A stretch of DNA of 64,000 nucleotides from Podarcis pityusensis (GCA_964106645.2 OZ067038.1), one strand, 5' to 3'. Shown: positions 12,140-26,424, counted from the first letter of the stretch. The notes: a model not told the origin generated them from the letters alone. Program-made: numbers and translations.

Positions 12140-13432
12140 TAGTTATTTATTAGATGTGTGTTGCAACACTTGTGTTCAAGGCAGTTAACTGTAAAATATG
12201 GAATAAAATACAAAACAATACTCAAACAGGTAGATAAAACACAAGCACAATCAATAAATAGGACAGGCGACTGAATGAACTGCTACAATTTACAGTGGCC
12301 AAGACAGACAGACCCATGCTCTACGAAATGAATGCATATCCCCTCGTTTTCCCCCTGCCTACATTTCCTTTCCCTTCTTCTGGTATCTCCAGTGTCAATT
12401 TTTAGATGGTGCGTATCTTCAAGCAGGGTTCTGTAAAGCGCCATGTGCCTGCATAGCCCTATAAAGCAATAATGGCCACAATGACATTAATAGCCAGTCC
12501 TTTGACACTTCGGAAACAACTTTTATAAGTTCTTAAAAAAACAAAACTGTGGCCTAAAACCCCTGGGGGGCATGAGGATGGGGCAGCTGGTTTAGGAGAT
12601 TGCCAAATATTGCCTGTATATTTTAAATTGTTTTTAATATTGTTTTAAAAGTTGTAACTTGCCCTGGGACCTTACAGCGAAGGGCAGGTAATAAATAAAT
12701 AAACTCTCAAACCCTATGTAGAAGTTTGCTAATCTGTTTCCTCGTGAAAATTGTCCTGGTTATTCCTCAACTACCGCAAGTAGCTGTTCATGACCAGCTC
12801 CATTAATATATATATATTTAATTAATTATCAATAAGTGACAAAGAAAAAAAAGAAAACCAATATTGTACAAGCATAGTGAACTGCGCCTGAAAGACATAA
12901 AGACTGCGCCCGCCCCCCAATTATAAATATGAACATGAACTCTGAAAGCTGACTCGCTGGAAAACAAAGGCTAAGGTTTTGCCAACATTAACAATTAATG
13001 CACGTATAATAGGGAATTCCCAACACACAAAACAACTGCAGGACTAATTGTTCAAAGAATGGCAAGTCGAATTAAATATAAATGCTGGCTTGCCCACCCT
13101 AAGAAATTAAGTCAGGTAATGCAATGCCAGTTAACTCCTACCAAAGGAGGGCAAGGACTGCTTATGGTGCTATTAAGAGGCATTCCATGAACTTGATACA
13201 ATTTACCTTAAGAGGATGCTGTGGATCCATGGCACACTCTTTTCTGTTTAAATGCACAGATGCAGAATCAGGGGACAGTTAGCATGACTGTATTGGTAAG
13301 GATCAGTATGCATATTCAGAAATTGTGTTTTGAAAAAAAGAAACCAAAAACACCACCATAAATTAATACAAAAATAACAAGAGAGGGCTGGCATGTACAC
13401 ATTACTGAAAGTCACATTTTCAAAGTAATTCA

Positions 13433-13630
<198 letters not shown>

Positions 13631-14356
13631 TCATTAGAAAGCTAGTACTTAAGGCAAAAAAAATTTAAACAGCAAGCACATTTTTGTAAAAAGGCTATCC
13701 GTACTCCAATATTGAATTGTCCATGAATGGGGAAAGAATGGGAAAGAAGTCTGTAGTTGCTCATTTGTTGCAGGGAAGAAAATAAGTGTTTGGAGAGGAG
13801 TGGAGGCCTGATACTAACACCATGGCTACTTTTGTTGAACTAGGGAGCAGTGCAGAGTTTGGACAGAATCTCATAATCCATAAGAAATACATTGATGCTA
13901 TGTCAAAGCCTGCCCTACATTTTTTCTTTTTCCTCTTCCAAGAGAAACTTCCATTTTCCTGCCTCACTCAGGGCACTTGAAATTTTCTTTAGAATTTCTG
14001 TAGATTTTGAGCTCACCTTACTGTTGTCAGACTGAAGAAATGTTTCCCCACCCCTGCTGTAAACATTTTTGTAGCAGCCTGCAGCCGACCTACACTTCCT
14101 GATCTGAAAAACCTCTATGGGAGGAGTAACTTCCTGATGCTTTCATCCTGGTCCTGGGCTTAGCAGCAAGGCTGCAGAGTGCAGAGCACCGGTGAGATGG
14201 TTCGTGGTATGAAAGAAAGGACATTCACAAACACACCTCAGCCACCTCACAAAAGTAAGGTAAGTGCAACAGAAAAACCTATCCACCCCGCCCATGAGAA
14301 TTTCATATTGGCTTTCTACCAAATTGAAGGACAGAGCAGGAACTCGGGACCATGTA

Positions 14357-14598
14357 CAGTGGTACCTCGGGTTACAGACGCTTCAGGTTACAGACGCTTC
14401 AGGTTACAGACTCCACTAACCCAGAAATAGTACCTCGGGTTAAGAATTTTGCTTCAGGATGAGAACAGAAATCATGCTCCGGTGGCGCGGCAGCAGCAGG
14501 AGGCCCCATTAGCTAAAGTGGTGCCTCAGGTTAAGAACAGTTTCAGGTTGAGAACGGACGTCCAGAACAAATTAAGTTCTTAACCCGAGGTACCACTG
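14357..14598 (+). mobile_element. Tigger-like MITE, family A
   Basis: Same TIRs and internal sequence as 9316-9557, TA TSD. Confidence 0.9.
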
Positions 14599-17174
14599 TA
14601 TTAAGCTTTTCAACAGCAGTCGTAAGACTTTAAAGCATTAAAAATGATTCCATGTACTGGTATTTTGTTTTCATCAATGTCCACACAAGTACAAATTCAT
14701 CTTGCAGCACTTCTCCCACCCGACCCTAGCAAACCCCTTCCATATCTGAGATGCAGGTAGCACGCAGGCTGTGCAGTTGCAGCATTTGACATGCTATTGC
14801 CAATTCAACCAGCTGCAACAGCTCCTCTCTGAGAGCCATAAGCCCACCACACATTGGGCCAACATGGAGCTACTGTGTCTGCTCATCAGACACAGCTGCA
14901 TGTCTGACCATGTAGCAAACAGCCATGGTTGTGGGCTGCTACCTGCGCAATGTAAAAACACAAAATCCCACAATTTCATGCAGTAGCTTTGTGGTAAATT
15001 AAGACTTAGCATTTAAAATAGTCATCACATTCAATCTGTGTGTGCGCATTATGCCCCAATCCTGCCATCTTTCAGCTATTATTTGTGCAGAATATAAGAA
15101 TTACTGTGCATGTCAAACAGTAGATATCCTTTTCCCCCCAGTTCTGAACTGGATTTCCTGAAACAGCTCTGAACAATGCAATAATATTTGTACTTTTTAA
15201 GAAAACAAGACGCACAAACAGGATACTTGTGCATGTGTGTTTGTGTGTGCCAGGAAAAAGCTGAAATTGTTAATTTGAAACATGCAGCCCCATATTCCCA
15301 TATTAATTGTTTAATTGTATAACCTCAACTATTTGACAGAAATATTTTTCCCAAAGCCATCTCCCCCAGAGAACAATTGTTTTCTAGATACATGTTTGCA
15401 TAACTGGTGTCCACATTGTTAGATGTCCTTCTGCATGCAATAGTGTCTTCTACTTATGAAAGGACTCTTTTACACTTTTTGCTAGAGTGCTCAATACAAA
15501 AGTGAAACTAAAACCAGAAATATTCTTCCACTTCCATAAGTTTGTAAAAACTATTGCAAAATGGAAGCATGAGGACAGCAATGGAACGTACATATTTCAG
15601 CACTACATGAACTCTTGCACAAGTTCGCATTTACAAAAAAAAAGCACTAGCAGCTCTTTTCCTTCTTCTAATGGCTTTTTGGATCCTGTTTAATGCGTAT
15701 TAATTTTAAAGATTTCTAAACAAAGAGGACATTGATTTGCTTAAAAGTGCAAACATGCATCCATGTTACTAAATAAAACAAAAATGAAGGTGTCTAGAAA
15801 GCAACATTTATGGATCATAACACAAATAAAATGGGCAGCATCAAGAATTGCTTTAACATCAAGGTAAAACCACATCTCAGATATCTGAATTTGGTTGTTG
15901 CTCCTCCCCCTCAAGAAAGTGGGCTATGAAGACCCTTTATGAATTCAACAGCTGATAGAGCAGCTATTAACTGTTGAGCAAAGTAGGAAACTGACTACCA
16001 GATGGCAACATCTCAAAGCCTATGACAACTTTCTTCATCAATCAAAATAATACAGAAACACAATTTTTTTTGCCAGTTGACACATTTCTAATGGCCATCT
16101 ACTCCAGCCCCAGGAAAGAAAGATCCAGTAACTATGATAACCTAATGGAAACAAATTATCCTGCATTGCTTCCAAAAGGAGAGTCCAGATCTTAATTTTT
16201 CTATCACCCAATTGACAATTGGTGACCAATAATTTAGACATCTAAGAATGAAGTGTTCCCAGAATTAGAAAATATGTCTGCAGCACATAATTTAAATGAA
16301 CAGCCACATATCTATGGGCCAATTCCAATATCACACCAAGCATTCTGATGGTGTGAAGGTTTGGGAAAGAAGCAGTTTATATCATGTGCATCATGTTTTT
16401 ACAACTTAGTTTCAAAACCTTCTTTAAAAACAGAGGCAACTGAAGTACACAAATGCTTAAAAAGTTGTAATCTCTTTATCTTATGGACAAGAGCTACAGG
16501 AAGTCAGAGGATTCACTTACAGCAGCCTTCAGCTGCAGTACCCAGAACATACAATGAATTGTTTTGCATGACTTCTGGATGCATATTGCAATTTTGTTTA
16601 GCTACATATAATTATGCATTTTATATCTATAAAAATATGTCTGTTCAATGAGACACTTTCTCATGTATCTCTGTTGTAAAATTAGAAATTGATTGGCATT
16701 TTTAAAATACTTGCAGCACCCTGCAACCTGCTCTGCGTGTAAAGCTGCCAGAATGTATATTACTTGTGTGATACACACTTTTTGATCAACCGGGCTCAGC
16801 TATCTATCCCTCCCATAAACTTTAAAATGTCTAGCATATCCCACTTTGCTAGTGCATTTATTGTTCTTCCCTATTTTACATAGCAACACACACACCTCAT
16901 CTGGGGTCCATTTCAGTAGTTCCAAAAACATCTGCATACAGAATTGCCCAGAAAGACTGCTTCATGATTAGCTTTTGCATGATTTATAAAACCTAATGAT
17001 CTAACTGTTGCTGGTTAATTTCCTAACACAGTTCCAAATGTTGCCTTTAAAGACCAAACATGGTCAGAGATCAAGGTATCTGTAGGAATGCCTGTTCCCA
17101 CATCAGTTTGCCTGTGTGTAGTAAGGGTTTTATATGTCAATACCATAAGCTTAAACATGGCTCAGTAGTATACT

Positions 17175-17495
17175 GGTAAAGGTAAAGGGACCCCTGACCA
17201 TTAGGTCCAGTCGTGACCGACTCTGGGGTTGCGGCGCTCATCTCGCTTTATTGGCCGAGGGAGCCGGCGTACAGCTTCTGGGTCATGTGGTCAGCATGAC
17301 TAAGCCACTTCTGGCAAACCAGAGCAGCACACGGAAACGCCGTTTACCTTCCCGCCGGAGCTTTCGAACTGCTAGGTTGGCAGGAGCAGGGACCGAGCAA
17401 CGGGAGCTCACCCCGTCACGGGGATTCGAACTGCCAACCTTCTGATCGGCAAGCCCTAGGCTCTGTGGTTTAACCCACAGCGCCACCCGCTTCCC
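17175..17495 (-). mobile_element. Sauria SINE (internal deletion)
   Basis: tRNA-like head with A/B boxes (GTGGCGCTGTGGG...GTTCGAATCC), (TTTACC)n tail, approximate TSD AGTATA(C/T)TGGTA. Confidence 0.9.
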
Positions 17496-17559
17496 AGTAT
17501 ATTGGTAGCCAGTGTAATTGCTTTAAAAAGTGTCACATGCTGGTGACATGTCACTCCAC

Positions 17560-17972
17560 ACAGCAGCTTAGCAGCCACATTTTGTACCAGCTACAAACAA
17601 CTTCCAGACCAATATTAAGGGAAGCCTCACACAGAATGTATTGCAGAGGCTGAGCCTTAAGGTTATCTACTGTGATCAGGTTATCCAGGTCCAGGAAAAG
17701 TCATACTTGGTGTACCAGCCAAAGCTGGCTTAAAGGTACTCCTAGCCACCAAGGACACTTGGCCCTCCAAGGGCAACAATGGACGAAGGAACACCCCAAG
17801 CTATGTTACCTGATGCTTCAAAGGGAGTGTAACCCTCTCTAGAACAGGGAATTGACTAGATTCCCTGACTTGAGAAGCACTCACATGCAAGGCTTCCATC
17901 TTGCTGGGATTCAGCTTCTGTTCGTTAGGCTTCATTCAGTCCATTACTGTGTCCAGGCATTGGTTCAGCACA
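17560..17972 (-). mobile_element. Degenerate L2-clade LINE fragment
   Basis: Reverse complement aligns with the same ORF2 region as 21955-22350 (KLNP.K.E to LVQN). Confidence 0.72.
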
Positions 17973-18570
17973 GGTATAAACACAAGCAACATATTTTAGA
18001 GCTGCCCAGGAAGTTATCTTACAGCATTAAAGATCAAAACTGGGTATCCTGCCTCTATTTTGGAACCCACATTTCACAGAGCACCTCCCTAATCGCTCTG
18101 CCAGAGCAGCAGACAAGAATCAGTTGCCTCATGGGGCATTTGTGCTTTACATACTCCACCCCAGCTTCAACATCCAGCTTCAACAACAGAAACCAGGAGC
18201 ACATGGGGCTCCCCTCCTCACCATGCTCCCAGCCTTATCATCAGTTGCACCCCACTCACCCAAATGATTGCCAAGGAGATCATCAATGCACTGGAGACTA
18301 TTTGAAAATCATATGTGCCAGCTCTGGGGCTGGGATAATGTTGTATCATCAATGGGGGCATGAAACTGAATTGTAGGAGTACAGGTTTAATGTGCTCTTC
18401 TCCTGAGCCTCCCCATCCTGCTCCAGAGTCTGCCCTGTTTTAGCTGTTCTGCCATGCATTCCACAGAGGTATCTGTCATGGCAGTGGTGTTTCTTGTATT
18501 CTGTTGGCATAGCAAGGCCCAACCTGATAGCCCTTTTGCTCCAGTATGGAAATGTGTCCTGAATATTTTA

Positions 18571-18940
18571 AAAGGTAGAGGCAAAGGACCCCTGATAGTT
18601 AAGTCCAGTCACAGACGACTCTGGATTTGCGGCGCTCATCTCGCTTTACAGGCCGAGGGAGACGGCATTTGTCTGCAGACAGTTTTTCTGGGTCATGTGG
18701 CCAGCATGACTAAGCCGCTTCTGGCGCAACAGAACACTGAAACCAGAGCAGCGCATGGAAATGCCATTTACCTTCCCGCCAGAGCAGTACCTATTTATCT
18801 ACTTGCACTTTTTGGCGTGCTTTCAAACTGCTAAGTTGGCAGGAGCTGGGAGCTCATCCCGTCTTGGGGATTCGAACCGCCGACCTTCTGATCTGCAAGC
18901 CCAAAAGGCTCAGTGGTTTAGACCACAGTGCCACCCGCGT
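18571..18940 (-). mobile_element. Sauria SINE
   Basis: Full-length homology to the other copies. Confidence 0.9.
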
Positions 18941-19684
18941 ATTTACTGTATCTTTAATGTTTTCTCTGAAGTTGTTCTCTATATTATATCCCCACCCCAC
19001 ATAAAAAAGACTTCCTGTGAACAAGGGACAACCAGTAAATGAAAAGGGTAGCACCAATAAACGTGAAAGACACACACACACTGTGACAAAAAGCATCCAA
19101 TATTTGGTTGCTTTTTAAAAAAAAAAACCACCTGCTATTTTAAAAAGAGATAGGAAGCAGTGTGTGTAAGTAATCCAAGGCTGTGTTACTAGTAAAACAG
19201 GTTTATCAGAAATTACACAATGCAGCTGATTTCAGGGCTCCAGCAAACTATTATTCTGCTTTGTGCTGTATTTCATTGTACAATTATTTCAAAGCAAGTG
19301 AGGTCAAAAGTGCTTTCCTACTTGAACATTTAATTATCTTGGCGGCTATTTGTAAACAGCTGTTCAAAATGCCATCATTATATAGTGGTGGTTTAAGTAA
19401 AATATCCCCCAGATCTTTCCTTGCACAGAAGGGTATTATCTCAATTAGAACATTAAGCAGAAGCCACAGCCCAGAGATTATAACCCCTGCACCACCTCTG
19501 AGAGGCTGCATATTTCTGGAGTTTTTTCCAGATTTATGGCCAATGCACATTTGAACATCACACAAATCAAGAGGGTGGATGTTATGTCCAGCAAGAACAT
19601 GCAGCTGCAAGATCTGCAGACCATGCAATTAACTTGAGGATCACGTTGTTTGGTTAAAAGTTGAGAGGACAGGCACACACTTCT

Positions 19685-19774
19685 CTATTTCTGCGTTAGC
19701 AGAGTCTGTAACCTGAAGCGTATGTAACCTGAAGCGTATGTAACCTGAAGCGTATGTAACCCGAGGTACCACTG
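19685..19774 (-). mobile_element. Tigger-like MITE family A, one-ended fragment
   Basis: A single TIR ending ACCACTG|TA plus three 16-bp repeats TAACCTGAAGCGTATG. Confidence 0.85.
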
Positions 19775-21954
19775 TACACAATACTTGCTTCTAGTGTATT
19801 TGTGGCAGATAAGAAGTACTCAGAAAGTGATTTATTTAAAAATGCTTCTTTACATCTGTGAACACCTTTGGTCAAGGATGCATCAATTGCTGACAAATGT
19901 AAGCAAACTTCTAGGTTTTTGAAGACATTTTATTTATGTATAAGATTCTCCATTTTCCATTCAAAATATTGCTTGTATCCATTCAAATACCAGCTGAAGG
20001 GCACTTAAAGGATTCTTGAAATGAAAAATGTACCCATATGAAATTGCTATTTAGTAGTACAGGCAGAAGAGCAAACGGTGTTGCTTTGGCATATATATAA
20101 AACAAGGTAACATCTGTCACTCTGCTTCATAATATACACAATGACCAATTTGTCCAACTTCAATATGTGTGATTATGACAGGGAACAAACATCAGTTTCT
20201 GGACCTAATACTACTAGACAAGCAGTACCCGACAGTGTGAATGCCTACACTAGGAGAATACTTGTGAAAGCCTAATATTCATTCTGCTCTGTATCCAACG
20301 ACATACTGAGAACCTGCTTAGTGTCTGCAAAGTGCTGCATGGTCCTCTGGTGAAAAACAAAAGCTAAGCTGTGGTGTCTTTATGACATCACTTACAAATG
20401 GGGGTCAAGTACTATTCTCCGATTTCTGGACAGAGAGTACAGCCTTGTCTGGGGTTCATTCATATTGCATGGTGCATAAGCAGCATCTTAGACACCAGGG
20501 CAGTTCAGCTGCTAATCAATTAAAAAGGTAGGCACGGTTAAGTCTCTTTTCCACATTTTATAAAGTGCCATACATATATGCAACACTGTTTTTAAATGCG
20601 GAATAGAGAATAGCGCTGAAGCAAAACACTTCATAAAAGTTATTTTCCACAGGCTGACCCTACACAGTTTGCCAGCATGTTTTATTATAACCACTCCCTC
20701 TTCTACCTTTTACTTCTAGTAAAAGACAAAAATGGCACAAAGGTTTCAGCGGTCACAGAAAGAAGTGAACTTCGCTAAATGCAGGTTGGACAATGGCAGC
20801 ACATTCAATCCTGGTTATCTCTTACAACAAGAACCATGTCTGAACACAAAAGGCAACTTAACTGCCCACACGTGATGGCCAAATTCAGCCTATACTAAAA
20901 GTCTGAAATAATAAGAAACTTCTAGTGTCATTCTACTACAGAAAACTTGCACCTGTGCAAACAAATTCTACTCTTTTTCCCCACAGGATACATGTAGAGG
21001 AGGAGAAAACCAACATATTGAGCAATTGCCAGATGGAAAGCTATCAGGGTGGGGAAGCGAAACTCGATGAAAGAAGGGAGGGAGCTAACAAAGGAATCCA
21101 AGGAGAAAATAATTTGGTGATGGGGCTTCAAGGAACTGTTGCGAACCTAAAATGCATTTTCACAGAATCACAGAATTGGGAGTTTCTGAGGGGGAGAGTG
21201 GGGAGCGGTGCTGCTGAACTCTTCCCCTGTTAGCCACATTCCTCCTCCAAGTCATATATCAGCTACTTTTCATCCCACAGGGGATAGTGAATATTGTTAG
21301 TATTAAATATTGCCTGAGTATTAAATATTGTACCTTCACCTAGGGCCAGCCCAAGGTATTTTGCTGCTTGAGGCAAAACAGAAAATGATGTCCCACTGCC
21401 ACCAATACCACCTGGGGCAATTAGAAGCAGTCCAGGGAAGCCCTGGCACACTGAAGGTGGCATGGGAGAAAAAAGGCCAGAGAGGAGTAGGCAGGGGAGC
21501 AGTGGCAGTGGTGGCAGCCCCACACTTCCTAGGCAGCGGCAAGCAGTGTGCTCCTCATGGGCCTTCTGAGAAGTGGAGGAAGAGGAAGAGGCGAGTCTCA
21601 GCTAGCGGGCAAGCAGGTGTCTCCAAGGTGGTAGTGGCTCCTATCCATAGCCAAAGGAGGAGCAGCAAAGGCATGCAACTGCCTCAGTGAGGCTAATGGG
21701 TCGTCCGGACCTCCCTTCAGCTGTGCTGAACCTGTTTGTTTGTAAATAAAGGCTAATATTATGAAATAGCAGTAAGCCTCCAGTGACCTCATTTCAAGGG
21801 AAACCAAACCCAGATAAGTGATGCTCCTCTGGAGCACCACACAGAGAATTGGGGTGCACCTACTTAACAATATAGAGACATCAACAAACCAATTACACTG
21901 GCATTCATTTATGAAACAATACTAGAATACGCATCTGTGCATGTGCTAAGTTAG

Positions 21955-22855
21955 TGCTCGATAGCAATCATGGGCTGGATGTGGGCCAGTAAACTGATGC
22001 TGAATCCAAACAAGACTGAGATGCTCTTAGTGAGTAATTCCTCTGACCAGTGGAGTGGTGTGCAGCCTACTGTAGATGGAGCCACCCTCCCTCTGGAGCA
22101 GGTTCATAGCTAGGGGGTTCTTCCAGATCCGTTGCTGTCACTTGAGGTGCAGGTCATCTCAGTGGTGCAAAGTACATCTGCATAGGTTATGGCACAACTA
22201 CAACCCTCTCTGGACAGGGTTAACTTGACTACAGTCATCTGTGCTTTGGTAACCTCAATACTGAACTATCGCAATGCACTTTATACTGGGCTGCCTTTGA
22301 TGACTGTTCAGAAGCTTCAATTAGTACAGAATGTAGATGTGCAACTGCTGACAGGTTCAAAGTGAACATGCCACTTAACACCATTTCTGTTACAACTACG
22401 CTGGCTGCCTGCCTGTATGCTTCTGAGCCCAATTCAAAGTGATGGTTTTGCCTTACAGCTCGGGACCCCAACATCTTCTAGAATGCCTCCCCTGATATGA
22501 ATATACCCAGACCCTTAGAGCTTCTTCTGGGGCTCTTTTCCAGATTTCCAGGTCTAAGGGAAGCTCAGAGGGTGATGACAAAGGAGAGTGAGGTCCCTAC
22601 TCTCAGGGTCTGCCTGGTGCCTTCATTGACATCTTTCATTAACAATCTTAGGATTTCCCCCAGGTTTGATAGATCAAGATCATGCTGTTTTGTCATTAGT
22701 GTGCTGCCAGAGCTTCCAGTGGCTGTAATGGGGGTTGTTTTGTTCTGTTTTTATGGTATAATTTATTTATATTCATGTTCTGAATGTGTTATAAGTCACT
22801 TGGAGACCTTTGGGTAACAAGTGACTAAAAGTCAAATAAAGAAACAAATAAATAA
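21955..22855 (+). mobile_element. Degenerate L2-clade LINE 3' part
   Basis: Decayed coding motifs WM..KL.LNPNKTE, LPL.EQV.S.GV..D, ALVTS.L.Y.NALY.GLP...VQKLQLVQN, which are typical of the L2 ORF2 post-RT region. AT-rich tail near 22830-22855. Confidence 0.8.
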
Positions 22856-22978
22856 TAGCAGCTGTCAACCTGAAGATGACTTTTCTGCACCATCAGGTCA
22901 CTGACTGTGTTTGGTGGTCAATGTAATGCACTATGCGGGTTGCTGTTTTTTAATAACAAATGTGGAACATTTTCTTCC

Positions 22979-23001
22979 TCTCTCTCTCTCTCTCTCTCTC
23001 T
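22979..23001. repeat. (CT)n microsatellite
   Basis: Read directly. Confidence 0.9.
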
Positions 23002-23086
23002 GGATTAAAATAAGAGTCTTGTTTCACATTTCTCTTTCCCCAATAAATGAAAAATTTACCATAAAAGACTCTTGAAGCCTTCAGTA

Positions 23087-23675
23087 CAGTGGTTTTCAAC
23101 CGGTGTGCTGTGGCACACTGGGGTGCTTTGAATGATGGTCAGGGGTGCCCTCTTTCCTTCCCACCCCCCTCTGATACCCTCTCATGTCTCTGCCTCCCAA
23201 AGGTGTGTACAGCTGTTTGTGCAGCAGTCCTGGCTACAAGCGCCACAGGTGAGTGATGCCTCTAGGGCTGGTGAGGGGGTGCTGGTTGCCAGGGGGTGAG
23301 GCAGTCTTGGAATAAGCAAGCAAGCAGGCAAGGGAGCACAGCCAGCCAGCCTGCCAGCCCTTACTGTTGGGAACGGACAGACAAGTCCCAGGCCCCTGTG
23401 GGGTAGTGTGAGGAGGCACCTCTTCTTGGGGCAGGGGGGGCACCTGAGAGACCAGGGGCAGCAGCAGTGGCTGCCCAGAGGACTCCCAAGGAGAGGGGAG
23501 GGAAGAAGAGGCTGAGGGAACACTCTACAAGGGAGGTTGTTCAAGAAAGGGGGAGAGGCTGCCAACTCTGCAAGCAAGGGGTGACATAACTGGGCTCCTG
23601 AGCCCCACAGGAGTGCTGCAGAAACAATGTAGTTGGTCAAAGGAGTCTTGGACTCAAAAAAGTTAAAAACCTCTG
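23087..23675. mobile_element. Decayed hAT-type non-autonomous element with GC-rich interior
   Basis: Ends CAGTGGTTTTCAAC / GTTAAAAACCTCTG; TSD not clear. Confidence 0.55.
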
Positions 23676-24744
23676 TTTTAGATCCTCCAACTGTTAGCAG
23701 CCTTGCCCACAGTCACAAACTGTGAAATGGTTGACAGTCCATGCAGTTTATGTTCTGAGTAGGTTTCATGAATTGAAAAAGCACACATATTAAGCCCATT
23801 TAAGAAGTTTGTGGATGAGGAAGGCATTGCTAACCTGCCCCTGGATAATCAAATTGTCATGTGCATGCTGTCAGCAAAGACAAGATACCAGTTTCAGTCT
23901 GAGTTCAAAGACCCCGACATTAAGCTACTACTTCAGAGTGTATATTTAGATAGTGTTGAGAGAATGTATTGAAATGTATCAAGAACAAATGTCTGAACAA
24001 CACATGTTCTTGATGTAACTAATTATGCTTTAAGATATTAACCTTCCCAGCTATTCCTGCAGGTTTCCAAAATATGCAAAATGTTAATATTCAAATCAGC
24101 TGTTAAGACTATAGCAGATCATAGATCAATAATGTCAGAAGCAAGCACATCAAGGCTATGCCTGCACAAGCTGTCACTTGGCATCCTTGTATTAAAGCTG
24201 GGGCTCAACTAAGTTGTTGCAGGTGCAGAAGGTCTACTTGTGCAACAGGACTTTCCCCCTTGCCTCACCACATGAACCGTAAAGTCCTCCTTGGGGTTGG
24301 GGAGGCATGCATTCCTACGCTTCTGGAGCTTAAAATCTCCTTTTGTGCTCTCTGCCTTGCTTACTGGCACTAGTTCTGTGATGCTCTCGCAAGATCTCAT
24401 GGGAGCTGTGCAAGTTCCTGTGAGATTTTGCCCAACCACCCCCAGACTTCCAGAGCTGATGTGCTGAAAGGGCCTTGGGCAGTAAGCAGGGCAGAGAGCT
24501 TGAAAACTCTTTTGTGCACTGGGAAAACCCTGTGTGCATTTAATTAGCACAATCTAATCCAGGTGGCCTGCAACTGCACTAGGTTGAAACTGAACAAGTT
24601 AAATGCCCATAAGATGCGACCGTACTATACAAATAGCAACAACCTATACACAGCCTCTCTTCTGCCAGGCTAACAGTAAGGGCCACACAATAAGGCTGCT
24701 ATTGTAAAAGGTTCAATGTGTGTCTGCTTAACGCATATTTAAGC

Positions 24745-25020
24745 TCTGCTTATCACTGACAATAATTTTTGCATCATATTGCCATTCAGCTCCCACCTTA
24801 CAGTTCTCTCCTTTATATGCCTGCCAACTGAGATTTCACTTCACGCATCTGGCAAAGCTTATGTCATAATAGATTTGCTGGTCTCAAAAAAAGAGACATC
24901 ACACATACTTTTGTAAACCAAGAAATCTTTAATAAAAAATATGTTTATAAGGAGCAACAAGGCTCTTTAACTGTTTTTGCTGCAAGAGGTTAACACAACT
25001 ACCCCCCCCCCCCAGAAATG
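24745..25020 (+). mobile_element. Penelope-like element terminal-repeat remnant
   Basis: AAAGCTTATGTCATAATAGATTTGCTGGTCTC and TTTTTGCTGCAAGAGGTTAACACAACTACCCC resemble reptile PLE termini (recognised from memory). Confidence 0.5.
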
Positions 25021-25664
25021 TCTATGGCAAGGATGGAGTTGTAATTCCAGTTACAACTAGACAACTCCATAGTGCACAGGAGGCAACCACAGAGAACAAG
25101 CAGGAGAAGGGTTCACCCCCATGCAAGAACAATGATCCCGCCACAGAATACTCCTTACAACCTGAGCTGGAGGACTTCCCTCCCATTCTACCACCTAGAA
25201 CATTTCCTTGGCCTCATCCCAGGACCAGGGACACTAGCAAATAATGGTACCAGCATCTGGGATACTGCTGTTGCAGCATTCAAGGCAGCAGGAGAGGGTA
25301 GAAGCATGGCACAGCAGTTTTCATTATAATTCAGTTCAAAGAAGAATTTGGGGTGGAGAAGGGAGCTTGATGCATATGGAGGCAAACATGAAATGTTCAG
25401 CAATTTCATATTTTGAATCAAATAGTTGCATATTTCAGTCATATCAGCCATGCCATTAAATGGACACCCATGTGGTAAATAGCCATTTCCTTTGTGCATT
25501 AACCTTTTGTATAACAAGCTAAGGTTGTGTTCTCCTCTTTGTCCTGAAAAAGATTGGCAGCAAGTTTGGAAAGTTACATAGCCAGTAACTTTCAGAACAG
25601 CAAGATAAATGATAAGGTGCAGCTGACAATATGACATAGCAATATAGTACTGTATTAAATTTCT

Positions 25665-26210
25665 CTTCTTTGAGAGAAGAAAAGGCTAAGGCAGAGCTTT
25701 CCAAACTTTTCATGTTGGTAACACACTTTTGAGACATGCATCGTTTTGCGACATGGTAATTCAGTTTTAAAAGCAAACTGGAGGTTAAACTAACCGCTTT
25801 CCAGCCCGAGGAAGAGTGTGGGGATCATTCACACAACACACCTACACACTGCAGCCGACACACTAACATCACGACACACATTTTGAAAAGCTCTGGGCTA
25901 AGGAGTAAATCCCACCCAAATTCAGAGTGGAATCCCTAGGACGGTTGGATGGCCCCTTGTACGCCTCCTTCTGGCAACTCCTGCAGCCCAGCTGGTGCCA
26001 AATGTATTGCTCTGCTTTCCTTTGGGCCACAAAAGCGAGTCCATACACACTGCCCAGGCTTGCACCCCAGAGACGTCACTTCAGCAAAAACAATGAAAAA
26101 GGCAGCAGTTATGAGTCTTGGCAGCCACAGCGAGCACTGTGATTCTCCAGTGGTTTGACTCTGTCCCCGGAGGCACACTCCACTGTCTTGAAAGACAGAG
26201 GGATGCCAAC
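25665..26210 (+). mobile_element. Second copy of the same retroposon, interrupted by a hAT MITE
   Basis: Aligns with ~49795-50119 once 25692-25903 is removed. Confidence 0.7.
25692..25895. mobile_element. hAT MITE
   Basis: TIR CAGAGCTTTCCAAA / TTTGAAAAGCTCTG; perfect 8-bp TSD GGCTAAGG. Confidence 0.88.
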
Positions 26211-26424
26211 AAATTCCCCTTCCACACAAAGGCCAACCTCAGATGATCAGATGCTTAGAGGCAAGAGTGGCAATTTGCCAGGTGATAGTATTCATGCAAT
26301 GCTGTCACATGCTTCAGACACAGTATTATGCACATTACATAATTATGCCAAATGGAAGGGGTGGATTATTTAAGCAACAACAGCTTTACCCCTTAATATT
26401 AACAGGAAGTTCATTGGTTGGGAA

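Noticed and set aside
17852-18376. 174-aa ORF and other 100-186-aa intronic ORFs (23182, 25188, 33429, 49393, 62136)
   Set aside because: They overlap TE remnants or random intron sequence, with no recognisable domains or splice context.
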